From: Oikopleura dioica
Taxonomy: Eukaryota > Animalia > Chordata
NCBI GenBank assembly: GCA_907165135.1
Contig: OU015566.1
Location: forward strand, 13,764,001-13,828,000
Length of the DNA: 64,000 nucleotides
Direction of reading: 5' to 3'
Both the position numbers and the translations under genes were made by a program. Below, piece after piece: positions 37,957 through 50,814 of this stretch. The notes beneath the pieces were generated by a model. That model worked only from the letters and a program-made list of their open reading frames with translations, searched no databases and was not told where the DNA came from. How positions within the stretch are numbered: the stretch's first letter is position 1; each line of letters opens with the position of its first letter.

Positions 37957-40900
37957 ATGGTTATTGAAGAAGAAAATGAAAAAATAAAGAAGGCGATTTT
38001 CCAGACTAGAGTCCGGGTAATTTTTATTTAATTCGCTTCATAAACTCTCTCGAAAAGTGTATTGATTGCGACTGCAAGGGCGTTCTGAGATTGAAGGGAA
38101 AGAAAGTTTATCTGCTACCCATCGAAGTCTTGACAACTCGTAGCATTCATACTCAAGAATATGATATCAAAAAGTCAAAGAAAAAAAAGACTTGGAAGAA
38201 AATAAACTCGAAAATGGCCTTGGCAGAGCACGGAAACGCCACCGATCCCCAGCAGTACAGTTATCTGACACTTGGCACTATTTTTTGGGTCACTGTCATG
38301 CTCATAGGTACCTTCTCTATAAATAATAGACTATAATTTTCTTCCAAAAATACTTTGAACCTAGCGAATTTGGCGTCTTTGGAGAAATCTCGCGGCGTAA
38401 CGACTTTTCTGACGTCAACTTGTCACCGAAACTACAAAAAATGCGTCCAAAACGTGACAATGGATCTCTGCGGGCATTTGATGAAGCAATGTCACGAGAC
38501 AGAAGAGTTTATTCTTCCTGAACCAGTTTCTAAAATTGAACACGCCAAAGCAGCGCCTCTTATCTTCACTGAAGAAGAGAACGAAGTAAATTTCCGCCGC
38601 TGTCAGAAGAAACAATTTTACGACCAGAATATCTGCCGCCATCTCTGCTCGACCACACTTGTTTTGAAATCAACGAGGACGAACCCAATCTCCCCCTGCG
38701 AGTCGATTTGCTTCGAACTAACCAAATCTTCTGATGCCGCTGGAGAAGTCTGTCCAACTCAGAAGTACTGCAAAAGCGGATGCCCTTGTCCATTCTACGA
38801 TTGTGAAAAATTTGACTCACGACAAAAAATGATTCCTGCGTTTGATTTAAAGTCGAATTCAATTAACTCAGTTTCGGGTGCAGTAAAAGATGCCATAAGA
38901 AAGTCAAACGGCAACGTCGAACAGATAACTGCTCGTTTGGACTACCGAGAATATGGAAAACGAAAGATCTTAAAATTTCGAAAAATTGTGCTCTCCGATT
39001 TTGACGGAAATGTGAAAGACATTGATGTTTATGATAGTTTTTTTCTTTATGAACGTTTTTCTTGATTTCTTATGAGTCTCCTTTTCTTTTAAAAACGGAG
39101 TCAACAAAAACGCACAAGTCAACTGGTGCAACGTATCTCAATGGAGAACACTACCTGGTTGATGCGGTTGGAAATCTAATGAAAGTGAGGGAAACTGGCA
39201 TAGCTCCGATATTCATTCCAAATCGTCTTAAACGAGTGTAAAAATTTGCATATTTTTTATTGCATATTTCCTTGTTTTTAGAGGATTTTTTGTTTTTCAT
39301 TTCGGCTCGTCGATCGCAAAACATCATATCGAGATTCGTTTTAGAGAGAAGGGTAAGAGGATCTTTCCTGTTGTGGTCATCTGAAAAAGGTCCAAATATG
39401 CTTAACCCGTTGCCGACCGGTTGGCGTAGAAACGCCTTCTACGCCAATAAGTTTCCCGTATTTCGAGCCTCGGGGCGTGTTGTATCAGCAAAACTGCTAC
39501 GCGCTCGGCAACGGGTGAACCCGATCTGAGATCGGCGATCTCTTTTCATCATGAATGTTTGAACCACATAAAAGTTCTCCAACTGGAAGAGAGGACAAAT
39601 GCTACTTCTACGCTCCAGATTATAATTTAAACCGTTTCGAAGAGGCCCAAGGTTACATCGCCAGTAACCACTTCAATGCAAAAGTCTCTTCAACAAGCTT
39701 CAAGGGAGTTTTCTATCTGATGAGCGTCCGAATGAGCGAAAATTTTATCAAATTATCAACCACTGTGGCTTTGAACAGAATAAGAAAAGATGAAGAACTT
39801 GAAAAAGGGTGGAGAAAGAATGAGATCCATCTACCTTCAGAATTCAGAGACTTGGATCCTGTTCATGTTTTTCCTATGACAAGAGTTCAAATTGATTTAT
39901 TTTCATGTTCAAAAGTGATTCTATTGTCGAACTTATGAAAGAATGATTTGGGAAGACTTCTTCTTATTTTAGTTACCAGAAGTATCAATCTTTCAAATAC
40001 TTTGTATTCGCTATTGTTGGAAGCGGACGGGAAGTTTCTGACTCTGGGAAGCGAGTGGATTGGCTCTCTTGTTGAGTATGAAGAAGAATCTATCTGCTAT
40101 TCGAAATTATTTGCTTCAATGGATCTCAATTATACTGATCGGGGTGCATTTAACAATGACGAATGCGAGTACTTTGTAAATGGAATACTCAACGACGAGA
40201 GGATTTTTCTTCAAAACAATGTTTTTGACTTGATTTTTGAAATAAGTTATAATTTCGGAAAGGGTTTTTTCTAAAGCAACTATTGTAATCATAGTTATTT
40301 GACTGTGAAATTCATAACGAGCTGAAAATTCTCACCAAAATGATTTAAATCCACAAAAGACACGATCGACGTCGAATTCGTTCAGCAAAAAGCTATCAAG
40401 AAAATGCACGTGACAAGCAATCCCTTTTTTGGCTTCCACGATGACATCTTCCCTGCTTTTGCGAAAAATGCTGAAAATCAGTCACCTTTTCCGGGGTCAT
40501 TTCACCACAAAACAATTATACCCGATTACTCATTTACTTCCCTCGAAGAGTTCAAACACATTTCAACTGTCGAAATGAAACTTGATGGAACTGATAAATT
40601 TGAGTTCGATATGAAGATAAATTCAAGTTTTGGTGAAAAGTTTGAAGTTCTTGAAAGCAATTTCTTTGATGGAACAACTTTCTTTCTTTTTGGAAGTTTT
40701 CAAAATGGGTCGTTTTGGATTGAGTCTGATTATTTTGATAAAAGCGTGATTTTCCAGTATAATGAATCAGAATCGATGCATTTGGCATTCAATATAAATT
40801 TTAATTTTTCTGATGATGGATCTGTTAATTCATCGTCTTTTGAAGTTTCTAAGGAAGCGTCTAGTTTATTTTCAATCTAAAAAAATTTGTTCCTGTCTAA

Positions 40901-43126
40901 ACGTTAAAAGAATCTCAATGAACATCTTTCTGAAACAAATATAACAGGACTTGAAAATATTGTAAACAAAAAGATTCGTATTTTCAAGTTGGACCGTCCC
41001 ACGGAAATTAAAAATTTTGTTTTGACGTCTAATTTTAGCTCTCGGATAAATGTGATACTATTCTCTTCAATTCATATTGGAGAGGATCCAGAACCTTATG
41101 CATTGCTGCCTGATGGGTCGAGAGTCAACAACATGAATATCAAAAGTCCATTCGTCGACGAAGTCAGCATTGCTAAATATTCTTCCTTATCACGACACGC
41201 GCTTGTCCATGGTCGTCTTCATATCTTTGGAGGAGAATTTGGAAAATGGGGTTTCTTTAAAGTACTCAAAGAAGGCAAACACGAATTAATATCTTATAAT
41301 AGATTGCGCGACTAGATGGGTGCAAATTCAGAAAACTTTTTAACGAATTAAATTATGTATACGAAACTGGTCATTCTGCTTTATCTATCGAAGAAGGAAG
41401 CAAAGGTTCTGTGTTGATGTTTTAGAGTAGATTCGTAAATTTTATTTCTCTCATCAGCATCTTGATGAATTTCCATCTCTGTTTAAAAAAATTTGAAATG
41501 ACAAAATTTGAGGGAAATTTTAAGCATCATTTGAAAACTGTTGAAATCCTGATACGCTTTGTTAGATAAGGGTCTGAACTAAAAGAAAACACAATAAAAA
41601 AGAATTCTATTTTGAAATTTTTTTAGATACGTCCGGTCAAAAAGTCCCCATAGTGAAGTTTATTACGCACTCAATCATTTTTAGCGCTTATTTGTTTTGA
41701 TGGTCATACAGATAGCAGATGTGAGATATTCGATGGGATAGAAGTAAAACCAATTCGTTCTACAGAAGAAAGACACCTTTATGGAGAATTGGGCCTATAC
41801 AATGGTCGCCCAATTGCAATTGGGGGTTTTGCTGCAAAAGGAGCAGTAGAGGAACTGATAAAAAATAGATGGATAGTTTCAAAAACTATGGTCCATCCGA
41901 GGTAGAAATAATCAAAGATCTTTTGAATAAAAAATTAAGATTCATTCAAAAATTTTCTGCAATCGGACTACCTTCTGGAGGGCTTTTGACTATTGGAGGA
42001 GAAAATTACAAGGCATTTGAGGAGTTTGCTGAAATCTGGGAATTAAAAAATGGCAAATGGTCTTTAGTTGGCTCACTCTCAAAAGTAAATTATTTTTTGA
42101 TTCACAACATGCTCGTTTCATGAACTTTCTTTACTTAAGGTTGTGAGCTCGTCATCAGCCGTCTTATTGGACAGCAACATTTTTATTATCCCTGGCTGGC
42201 CTTACATAGAATATGAATCTCCGATTCACATTATAAAACTAGGTGAATGTTCATCACTCTTGTTTCTACTTATCAATTATAAGCGAAGTAAAACACGTAA
42301 TAAGTTTCAAACATTGAAAAAAGAGGACGGTTGGACATTTCCCTTGCACTCGTTTCGAGGCGAGATACTACACCGCGCTACTAGCCATCATATGGGGGCG
42401 CAACGGAGCGCGCGCTGATTTCAAAAGCATCTGCAAAAAGCATGGAAATCTTTTCGTTGTTCTAAAAAAATTAATCATTGATTAATAATCAAGTACATAT
42501 TTTAACTAATAATTTTACTTTCTATTGAGAAAAAATGATAAGGAAGAGTGTAAGGAGAACTCGTTGATCAAGTATGTTACACTTCTATTTTCGCGCGTAC
42601 TACTACTGTATTGTACAGATTATCGTTCTCATATCAAATCTAAGTGACCCTTACCACGGGGCTTCGCCCCTTAGGTCCTAAAATGCCGGGGTCTAGTCTA
42701 GGGTTACTTAGGGTTACCTTCGGTAACCCTAACTAACCATAGCCTATCCCCCTCGGGTAAGTTTGTTCTGTCATTTTGCCCAGTGCCCCTAACCCTATCC
42801 TTAATTTTAGCAAATACTAGAATGCTTATCAATTCTATTTAGGAAGAAAAATACTTGATTGAAGTCAGAATCATTTGTAGAAAAGTCTTTGAATTTTTCA
42901 CTCTTGAGAATTTTGAGTTCAGCGCGCGCTCCGTTGCGCCCCCATCAGTGGGCTAGTAGCGCGTCATACTAGCTCGCCCCCAAAAGAGTGCAAGGGAAAT
43001 GTCCAATCCCCCAAAAAAGACACAGAAGAGAATATTATTGAAACTAAAATTATCGCAGAGCAGGGACAACAATGCTGGTATCCGATTATTTTCGTCTCAC
43101 CTGCTCATAAATTCACTAGCTGTTGA
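37957..43126 (+). CDS. Type II membrane protein with Cys-rich domain and C-terminal Kelch-like beta-propeller (paralog A)
   Basis: N-terminal TM (YLTLGTIFWVTVMLIG), Cys-rich CHRNYKKC...CKSGCPCPFYDC, propeller motifs HALVHGRLHIFGG, GELGLYNGRPIAIGG, LPSGGLLTIGG; last exon ...WYPIIFVSPAHKFTSC*. Exon-by-exon similarity to 57863-62259. Confidence 0.75.
39406..39515. mobile_element. piggyBac-like MITE (intronic)
   Basis: TTAA-CCCGTTGCCGA...TCGGCAACGGG-TGAA; reverse-orientation relative of 58654-59005 without the nested insert. Confidence 0.75.
42325..43012. mobile_element. Non-autonomous TIR element (MULE-like) in the last intron of paralog A
   Basis: About 95-bp TIRs (TTGGACATTTCCCTTGCACTC...GGGGGCGCAACGGAGCGCGCGCTG and its reverse complement); flanking direct repeat AAAAAAGA (42317-42324 / 43013-43020). 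Confidence 0.7.
42651..42819 (-). repeat. TTAGGG-containing dispersed repeat, copy 2
   Basis: Reverse complement of 33337-33503 with a few differences. Confidence 0.8.
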
Positions 43127-43539
43127 TTGCTTCTAGAAAATAAAATCAAAAGTATGAAAATAATTAGTCGATCGAAAAAGTTCTGGTTTGAGCTTTAATG
43201 GCTTTAGTGAGTCGTCTTCCATGAAGACTATTAATAATAGTCTATAACCATAAAATGTATTTTTTGCAAAGTTTTTTTAAATAAGGTCTGCGAGATTTCT
43301 AGGGCAAATAAATAAGATTCTTACGATCAGACATTATGAAGTCGAACTGACAACTCGTCAATTATTGAAAACGAGTACATGTTGTTTTGAGACAAATTAA
43401 ATAAAGAACGTTGCAAAAACGTAATCATAATTTTCGAACAACGAGTTTCTATTTTTATCATAATCATGTACGCTCATGTTGCTTGCTAGCGCCAAAATCA
43501 GAAATGACGAAAACATAGTTTAATCTTCGTCATAAAAAA

Positions 43540-45303
43540 ATGAAGCTTTTTTCGAGCTTCGCCCTTTTTTCTCTCCAGATAGAAGCCAGAAAACCAAATG
43601 TAATTTTGCTTAACACTGATGACTTCGGAATCGGCGACTTTACAATTTACAATAGAGAAGCGAAAGTTCCAACGCCGAATATCGACAGAATCGGCAATGA
43701 AGGAGTGAAATTTCTCGGCGCTAGTTCGGCTTCTAGTCGTTGTTCTCCGAGTAGATACATGCTCATGACGGGAAGGTACTCGATGGAGGATATTGAGGCC
43801 AGAATTATCAATCAAGGCAGACTTCGAAATTTTTTTTTCAAAATGGAGTTGTAAAAAAAAGAATATAAATTTTGAAGTCTTTGATCAGGCGAGCCGCATC
43901 TAGGGGAAATGTTCAAAAAAGCCGGCTACAAAACGGGAATCTTCGGCAAACAACAACCCATTCCGAATGGAATTCTCCCCGAAAATGCAACAAACGAGGA
44001 TAAAGAAGCAATCTGGGGGCGTAACAAAGAAGCTTTGAAGTACAAAATGGAAGTTGGTAAGTTCCCAAACACATTGACCGTCAACCAGAAGTTCGGCTAT
44101 TACGTCCAGACGGAACCACCACAGCTGCTGGACTACGATTATTCCTTCACTCAGCGCGGTCTCTGTTGCGCTCCAGGCTTGCACTTCGAAAACGGAAGAA
44201 GCACAGAGCCTGCCGAAACTTGGGTCAAGCTCCAACCCTATCCCGAAACAGCTCAAGAGGAAAACTACAACCCCAATGGCCACAACTTCCCATACACCGG
44301 CTATTTCGGCCCAGAAGGTCACATGGAAAACATGACAGATCCATACGAAATCACGAATTATTGCGGCTGGGCGCGACAAACCATCGCAGGAAAAACCTTT
44401 GACAGTCGCGAAGTCGAGCAAGAAAACACCTCAAAGCTCGAAAAATTCATCGAAGACAACCATGAATCGCCCTTTTTCGCCTATTATGGGATGAATAATG
44501 GCCATGCGCCGTTCAACACGCCACTTCGTTTTCGAAATGAGACGGAAGTCGGGCTCTTTGGCGAAGTGATTTTGGAGGCAGACGAGCTTGTTGGAAGAAT
44601 TCTCGATAAACTTGAAGAACACGACATTGCTGATGACACCCTCGTGATTTTCATGTGCGATAATGGACCGACGACGATTGGCCATAAAATAAAGTCGGAG
44701 TGGGGACATAACCAATGGCTTCTTGATCTGCCAGAATCACGTGTTGGACCAGCAAGAACTGTTGAGCTGAAGGGATATAAAAATGGCATGGGCGAAGCAA
44801 GTCACCGAGCTCCGTTTTTATGGCGCTATCCTCGAAAATTCGCGCCCCGAATCATCTACGAGCCCAAAGTCCAAGTTTCCACGGTCGACATCTACGCCAC
44901 CCTGGCCGAGTTGATCGACTACGACTTGGGCTGCAACGAAGCGCCAGACAGCCGAAGCTTTTTGTCGTATCTCGAAACTGGCGAAGCAAGCGAGGAGATA
45001 AAGAAGAAACCGATCATGACCCACGCTTTCAGTCAAGGAAACGAGTCTGAAAAGAAAAATGCTGCTATTCGAAAAGGAAACATGAAATACAATCCCGGAT
45101 CGAAAGAACTTTTCAACACAGAATGGGATCCCGAAGAAACGCACAATTATTACGGAGAAGAGAGTTTTGCCAAATTCCAATCGTACTTGGACCAGTACTT
45201 GATCGACTGGTTAAATCACATTGATGCGCGAGAAGAAGCGACGAAAAGAGGCGCGGACAAGGAAAACTGTTATCCGCAATTTGAACGATTCAATTGGCTG
45301 TAA
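43540..45303 (+). CDS. Secreted type I (formylglycine) sulfatase; two exons, GC-AG intron 43817-43888
   Basis: Signal peptide, PNVILLNTDDFG, CSPSRYMLMTGRY (CxPxR), GHAPF, CDNG, GYKNG. Confidence 0.92.
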
Positions 45304-45372
45304 AAATTTGAAATTTATAATAAAATTGGTGATTATTCAAATTTATTCTTTCTCATTTTTTGTTGCATGAAT

Positions 45373-45996
45373 TTAACTGGTCGGAGCAAGCATGAACCCA
45401 GAAAATGCCGAGTAATGACTTTCATTTGTTTGAAAAAGAATTTGGAGACATAAAAGACTAAACAAAAAAGTCTCAACTTTTTTTCTCAAAGCTTTTTTTC
45501 CAAACATTTTCCTTGGAGAGCCGCCGAAAACAATGCCATGTTTCAGCCTGACCCAGATGATTTCGCCTTTCTTGAGAATCAAAACGGCGTTGCAAGATGT
45601 TGTTTCAAACTTATCATCGTGGTTGGTCCCAGAAGCGACGATGTCTTCATTTCTCATCAAGTGGACAAAAAGAGGTCCAGAGTTTTCAACCCGCTTTTTT
45701 TCGATTTTTTCAAAAGATAATTTTTAATATTGATATTTGCTTGAATAACGTTGATAAAACCGTAACAAAACATTGACATGGAAAACATAAGTTCCATTGG
45801 CCGGAGCGATGAATCTGCCTGTGGTTGGATTGTATGCTGGCTCATCGGCTTGCTCGTCGTTCTGGTTGGTCACAATATCGTCGAAGAGAATCGCATCGTC
45901 GCGCTCGACGAAACTCTTGCTCAAGCAAGCCATGAAGGAGACTTGAGCTGCCGCAACGGAAAGAATTAGCAACAACCGGGAAGTAAAATCTTTCAT
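45373..45996 (-). CDS. Secreted C1q-domain protein without collagen stalk
   Basis: Signal peptide; ILFDDIVTN...AYNPTTGRFIAPANGTYVFHVN; TTSCNAVLILKKGEIIWVRL; YSAFSGFML. Confidence 0.85.
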
Positions 45997-48184
45997 TGCG
46001 ATCAATTCTCAATGAGTCTTTCTCTCTCTGAAAGAACAGCAGAGAGAGACGGACTAGAGTCTTTCCGATGAGCTCCCGCAAATAAATTTTTTGTCCCGGT
46101 TTGTTTTGACTTTGATTATGAACTTTGATCATTTCTATGAATGAAATTATCAATCAAGGTCATAGAATTAGTTTTTTTTCTTAGAATGTTCTTTTTTTTC
46201 AGTTTTGCCATGATTATTCTCACTTGAACCATAAAAGACTTCAGTAAAAGATGCAGTAATTTTCTAACCTTGACACCTGAGGGATGATTTAGTAAAACTC
46301 GTTAAATTTGTTTCCTTCTCGCGACCCGGTACTTCAAATTAAGTTTTATACTGATCCTTTGTGACTCAAAAGATCAAGCTGAAAACCTCAAAAATCGACA
46401 ATTCTATATTCTCAAAACGCTCAAAAATGAATCTTCTGTCAATAAATCCATTCTTCTTCTGACAAAAATCAACGAAAAAGCACTCGAAAAAAGCACCTGT
46501 TTCAATTCTACATCTTCTGAAAAAGATGACAGTGACGTTGATTTGGTATTGACACGGGGCGTTGAAAAATTAATAATTTTTTATCATCCGCTGAGAAAAG
46601 CTGAGAAGATAATCTCCAAGGCGGTAGCGGCCGAGAAAGAAAAGGAGAGTGTGGTAAAAGAGAGCGAGCAAAGAAGACTACCTAACCGAGGTGGCCAATT
46701 ACAACTAGCGCCAGAGCCAATCTCAGAGGATCCTCTCTCTCTTTCTCTATTTCCCGCACAAAGGAGAAAAACTCTGAAAACGAGAAACAAAGAAGAAAAA
46801 AAGAGCAAAAAAAAAGAAAGAAGCTAGAATAAAGATACCGGAAAAAAGAAGAAACAGAGAGGTTTGAAGACATAGAAGATAAAGGAAGTAAAATTCGAGG
46901 GAAAAGAAGATCATGAAAAAGAGGATAAGAAGAAAATGCCAGAAATATCTATAATAGGAACCGATTCAACTTTTTTCTTTTGAAAATTTTTAATAATTTT
47001 TAACCCATTGGCGCGAGAAGGGCCATTTTTGGACAAAAGACTTTTTGATGAGCCCTTTTTTTGTTACTTTTGATTAGGTAAAAGATCACGTGATTTGATA
47101 CAGTAAATCAATTTGAAAACGTATTTTTAACTCTGAACTAAAAAAGAAAGATTCAAAGCCAAGCTATCAAAAAATTCATCTCGGAGCTGGGTCCACTCGC
47201 ACGTTGTAAATTTTGATTTGTAGTCTGGAAACAGGCCAATTTAACGCAGCCGAGGCTTGGTTCTTCTGAGAGTCGTTATTAGTTTATTCTATTTTCTTAC
47301 CTAACTCGGTTTTAAAATTAAAAAGAATCTTCCAGTTTATTCTTTGTCTATATTTTTCCTCCATAGGGTTAGGGTTAGATTAAGGGTTAGGGTTTTGGAA
47401 AAATGAGGATTCTTTTTGAGAAATTTTATCATGCTGACCCCCTTATTTTTTCGAGCAAGAAAAAAGGGGTGGTTTCAGGAGCCGAGAAAAAATTCGACAA
47501 ATTTTGCGTGGGTGGGTACTCAGCTACTGATTTGCCGGTAAGCCAAATCCAGGCTCCTGATTGGTTGAAAATTTTCACGCAAAATTTGTCGAAATTTGTC
47601 GGCTCCTGACAACTCCCCGAAAATAAGGGTTTCTTATAGATATTTTTGCATAAAAAATAAGTAGACCTGAACAAATTACGTAACAGTGTTAAATTACTGT
47701 GTTCCATTTCTCCCCCTGTATATTAGTCTAGTTGGTAGAAAGATGTATAATTAAAATAGCGCGGGGGGTTGATCCTTCTCTTCGAAGGTTAATAACTTCT
47801 TTTTTGGATCATCGCGGTCAAAACTGATCTAGCGCGTTTTATGACATTCTCCCCCATTTGCGCGAATAAATATTAATGGAGCGCTCCTGTCTTGATTTTT
47901 GTTGAATTGGCTTGATAAGCGAGCAATTGCATTATTCATGGATGGGGACTGCTGAGTGCCCTTGTCATCGCGGCTCTGATCGTCCTTTCTATTCAGGTAC
48001 ATGTCACACAGGGAATCAATCAACGTTAGGCGGATAAACGACTTTTGGACGCAGCGGATTAGCTTCTGATCAAGTTTATTAGAAATTAATGGAGGCGGAG
48101 GGTTAACCAGGTCATAACCTGAACCCGAGGGCACGGAGAATCGCACTTTGATACGAGCTTTTGTCTTTTCCTCCAGTATTCTTT

Positions 48185-48420
48185 TCTGAGCTCGGCAACC
48201 TTTGTACAAAACCTGACTCAGGTTCTGAAGAGCTAAAAATTAAAAGTAGCGGCTGTTTTAAGAACGAAGCCGCAGAGCGGCTTCGGAAAACAACCATATT
48301 TATCTATTTGGAAATATTGGCGAAGCCGCTTAGCGGCTTCGTTTATTAAAAAGCCGCTACGCGGCTTTTAATTTTAGCTCTTCAGAACCTGAGTCAGGTT
48401 TGTACGCATCGCAGGTTGCC
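48185..48420. mobile_element. Longer palindromic copy of the TGACTCA MITE family
   Basis: CTGAGCTCGGCAACCTTTGTACAAAACCTGACTCAGGTTCTGAAGAGCT...AGCTCTTCAGAACCTGAGTCAGGTTTGTAC...CAGGTTGCC. Confidence 0.65.
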
Positions 48421-48947
48421 AAAAATTACAGTAATTTCTTTTCTCAATAAAAATTCCCTCAAAATCAACCATTTCTTTTTGGAAGAAATTCAAGTAAGTT
48501 ATTCAGGAGCCAAATGCCCGCCCGGTCACGTGGTGGCTCTTCCTCGTCTGGTGTTTTCTTTGCCTATCAACCTGGATCACTGGCTCACTTGTTCCGGCAA
48601 AGACCTTTGCTTTTCGAATCGTTCCCATCACTCCGGCAGGGTTTTTTTTTTCAACAAACTTACAACGAGAGAGATCGATAATTTAATCATGTAGTGGCAT
48701 TTGGAAACATGGGCAAATCGGGATGATGTCCTTAGTGCCATACGTGGCGATCTCAATTGACGTGCGTGGCATTTTAAAAATGGGTCTATTTTAGATTGAT
48801 ATTATAATTTAACCCATTTATGAGTTCTGTCCCTTTTTGGGACATTTGCTCTTTAAATGCTCTTAGGACCCTTAATAAACCTTCTAATTTCGATGATGAT
48901 ACCCTTAATCGATGCGGAATTCTCCGAGCTTTCTAGTGAAACTTTAA

Positions 48948-49610
48948 GGGGGTGGTGGTCAAGAAAATTTTTTTCGATTTTTTAAAATTTTGATATTATT
49001 TTTAGATTCCCTGATAAAAAACGACCATTTTTGGTCCCTAGCTTTTTTTGATTGGACCAACTTTCTTTAAGAAAATTTTCGATTTTATGCTATAAAATCG
49101 CCATTTTTGGGAATTATATAACGCGTTTTTCGCACTTAAACAAACTCAAAATTGATATTTTATTGCTAAATAATGTTAATTAAACATATTTTAATTATTA
49201 AAATTTAAAAAATTACGATTATTGTGATGTTTTCCGAAATTTCATTGAAAAAATGAGTGAAAATGACGATTTTTCAGAAAACAACATGTTTTCATTCAAT
49301 TACTAGTTTCTTTTCTAACAAGGTGAACTTTGTTAAACTAAGACGCCCACACGCTAAAGGGTTCAAACTTTCCCCACGGTAAGTTTTATTTTGAAAAAAA
49401 TGATAAGGGGATAGAGTTTTTTAGGTCAAGAGATGGGTCTACTTTGAAGGAATTTTTTACCATTTTTTCGAAAAAGTATTTTTTTCAAACATAGCCGCCC
49501 ACATAAATTGAACCCTTTTCAACTTATTTTCAATAATAGAAAAAAAAATTTTTTTGAAAAAATTAAAGTTTTTTAGGTTGAAAAAAGTCTTAGTCTCGAC
49601 CACCACCCCC
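48948..49610. mobile_element. Non-autonomous TTAA-inserting DNA transposon (Kolobok-like)
   Basis: TTAA-GGGGGTGGTGGTCAAG...CTCGACCACCACCCCC-TTAA; AT-rich non-coding interior. Confidence 0.75.
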
Positions 49611-49715
49611 TTAATAAAGAGATACCCTTAAGAAATTTAACGCTCTAGACCCTTAAAAACCCTCAAAAGCCAAAATGCTTGTGCGGCCTCCTCTCAAAAC
49701 CGGGAAAATTCATCA

Positions 49716-50540
49716 TGATGCGATTCCACAACTGCCTCGCCGTTGCCTCCATCATCATCGCCGTCACTGCCGGAATCAAATCGTCTTACGAGCAAAGGTT
49801 AAACCTACAAACTCCCGTAAATAACAACCTTTTCAATGTGGCACCAGAAAAATTGAAGCACAAAACAGCTTCTCTTTTTACTTTATTTTCAAAATTGAGC
49901 ACTGAAAAATTCCTCGTTTTAGAAAAAAAGCTTCGATGTTGGAATTTTCCATTGACACTAACAAAGTTACTCAAAAAATTAACGAAAAAAAAATCAAAAG
50001 AAAAAACTTTTTTTTCAAAAGAAACATCAGTTTCAGCGATTTCGCCAAATTCTCGTTAGACGAGTCGGTCCCTTTAAACTCGACAGAAACAAACCTGGAT
50101 CGAGGTTCAACCGAAAGTCAGACAGACATTGTGAGGATACTGTATTTGATGGCGTTCGTGGTGTCGTTACTCTTGGTGCTGCTTAGGCTCAGTCTCACCT
50201 GCTGTTTGTACATAATGTCTGATGAAAGGACCGGAGCTCAGAATCACCGAAAGAATTTTCCATTTCTTGTAGTTTTTGAGCTTGAATTAGGGATACTCGT
50301 TTCTCAGGACTTTTGCCAGGGCATGTTTCAAGATCACAGGTGAGAAAATGGCCTTTGACCAATCAGAACGCCTGATGAAAATATTCGTTATCGAAGAAAC
50401 CCTCTGTAGATCTTTGAAAACACCATTTTCTAGGTCGCGAAATTCCATCTCGACCGCCACAAAATGATCTACGCCGAGAAGCGTCGTCAATCAATGCCAG
50501 GTTCAACCCTTCATCCTTTCCTCCCTTTTCAACCTTTTTA
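49716..50540 (+). CDS. Hypothetical small single-pass membrane protein
   Basis: Signal-like MMRFHNCLAVASIIIAVTA and a downstream hydrophobic segment IVRILYLMAFVVSLLLVLLRLSLTCCLYIM; exon structure uncertain. Confidence 0.4.
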
Positions 50541-50814
50541 GCTGTTCCACGACTGAGCGATATTCCAGAAGCATCAGAAAGCCAAGTGTCAAGTCGAAAC
50601 CAGTCCAAATTGTCCAGTTCCGTCACTGACTTTCCTGCCGTTGGCTCATGACAACAATCTCTGCCTGTAGCTCTCCTTGTTTTTTTAAATGTTCAAGTGC
50701 TGTTTCTACCTTCATTCTTTCTCTTTCTCATTTTTACACTATCAATCATACAGTATCTTATTACTATTCAAAAAGGTTTATTCAAATAAATTAATTACAA
50801 AATTCACTTCAAGA

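Noticed and set aside
47364-47395. TTAGGG repeats as a telomere
   Set aside because: Only a few imperfect interstitial units; more likely part of a dispersed repeat.
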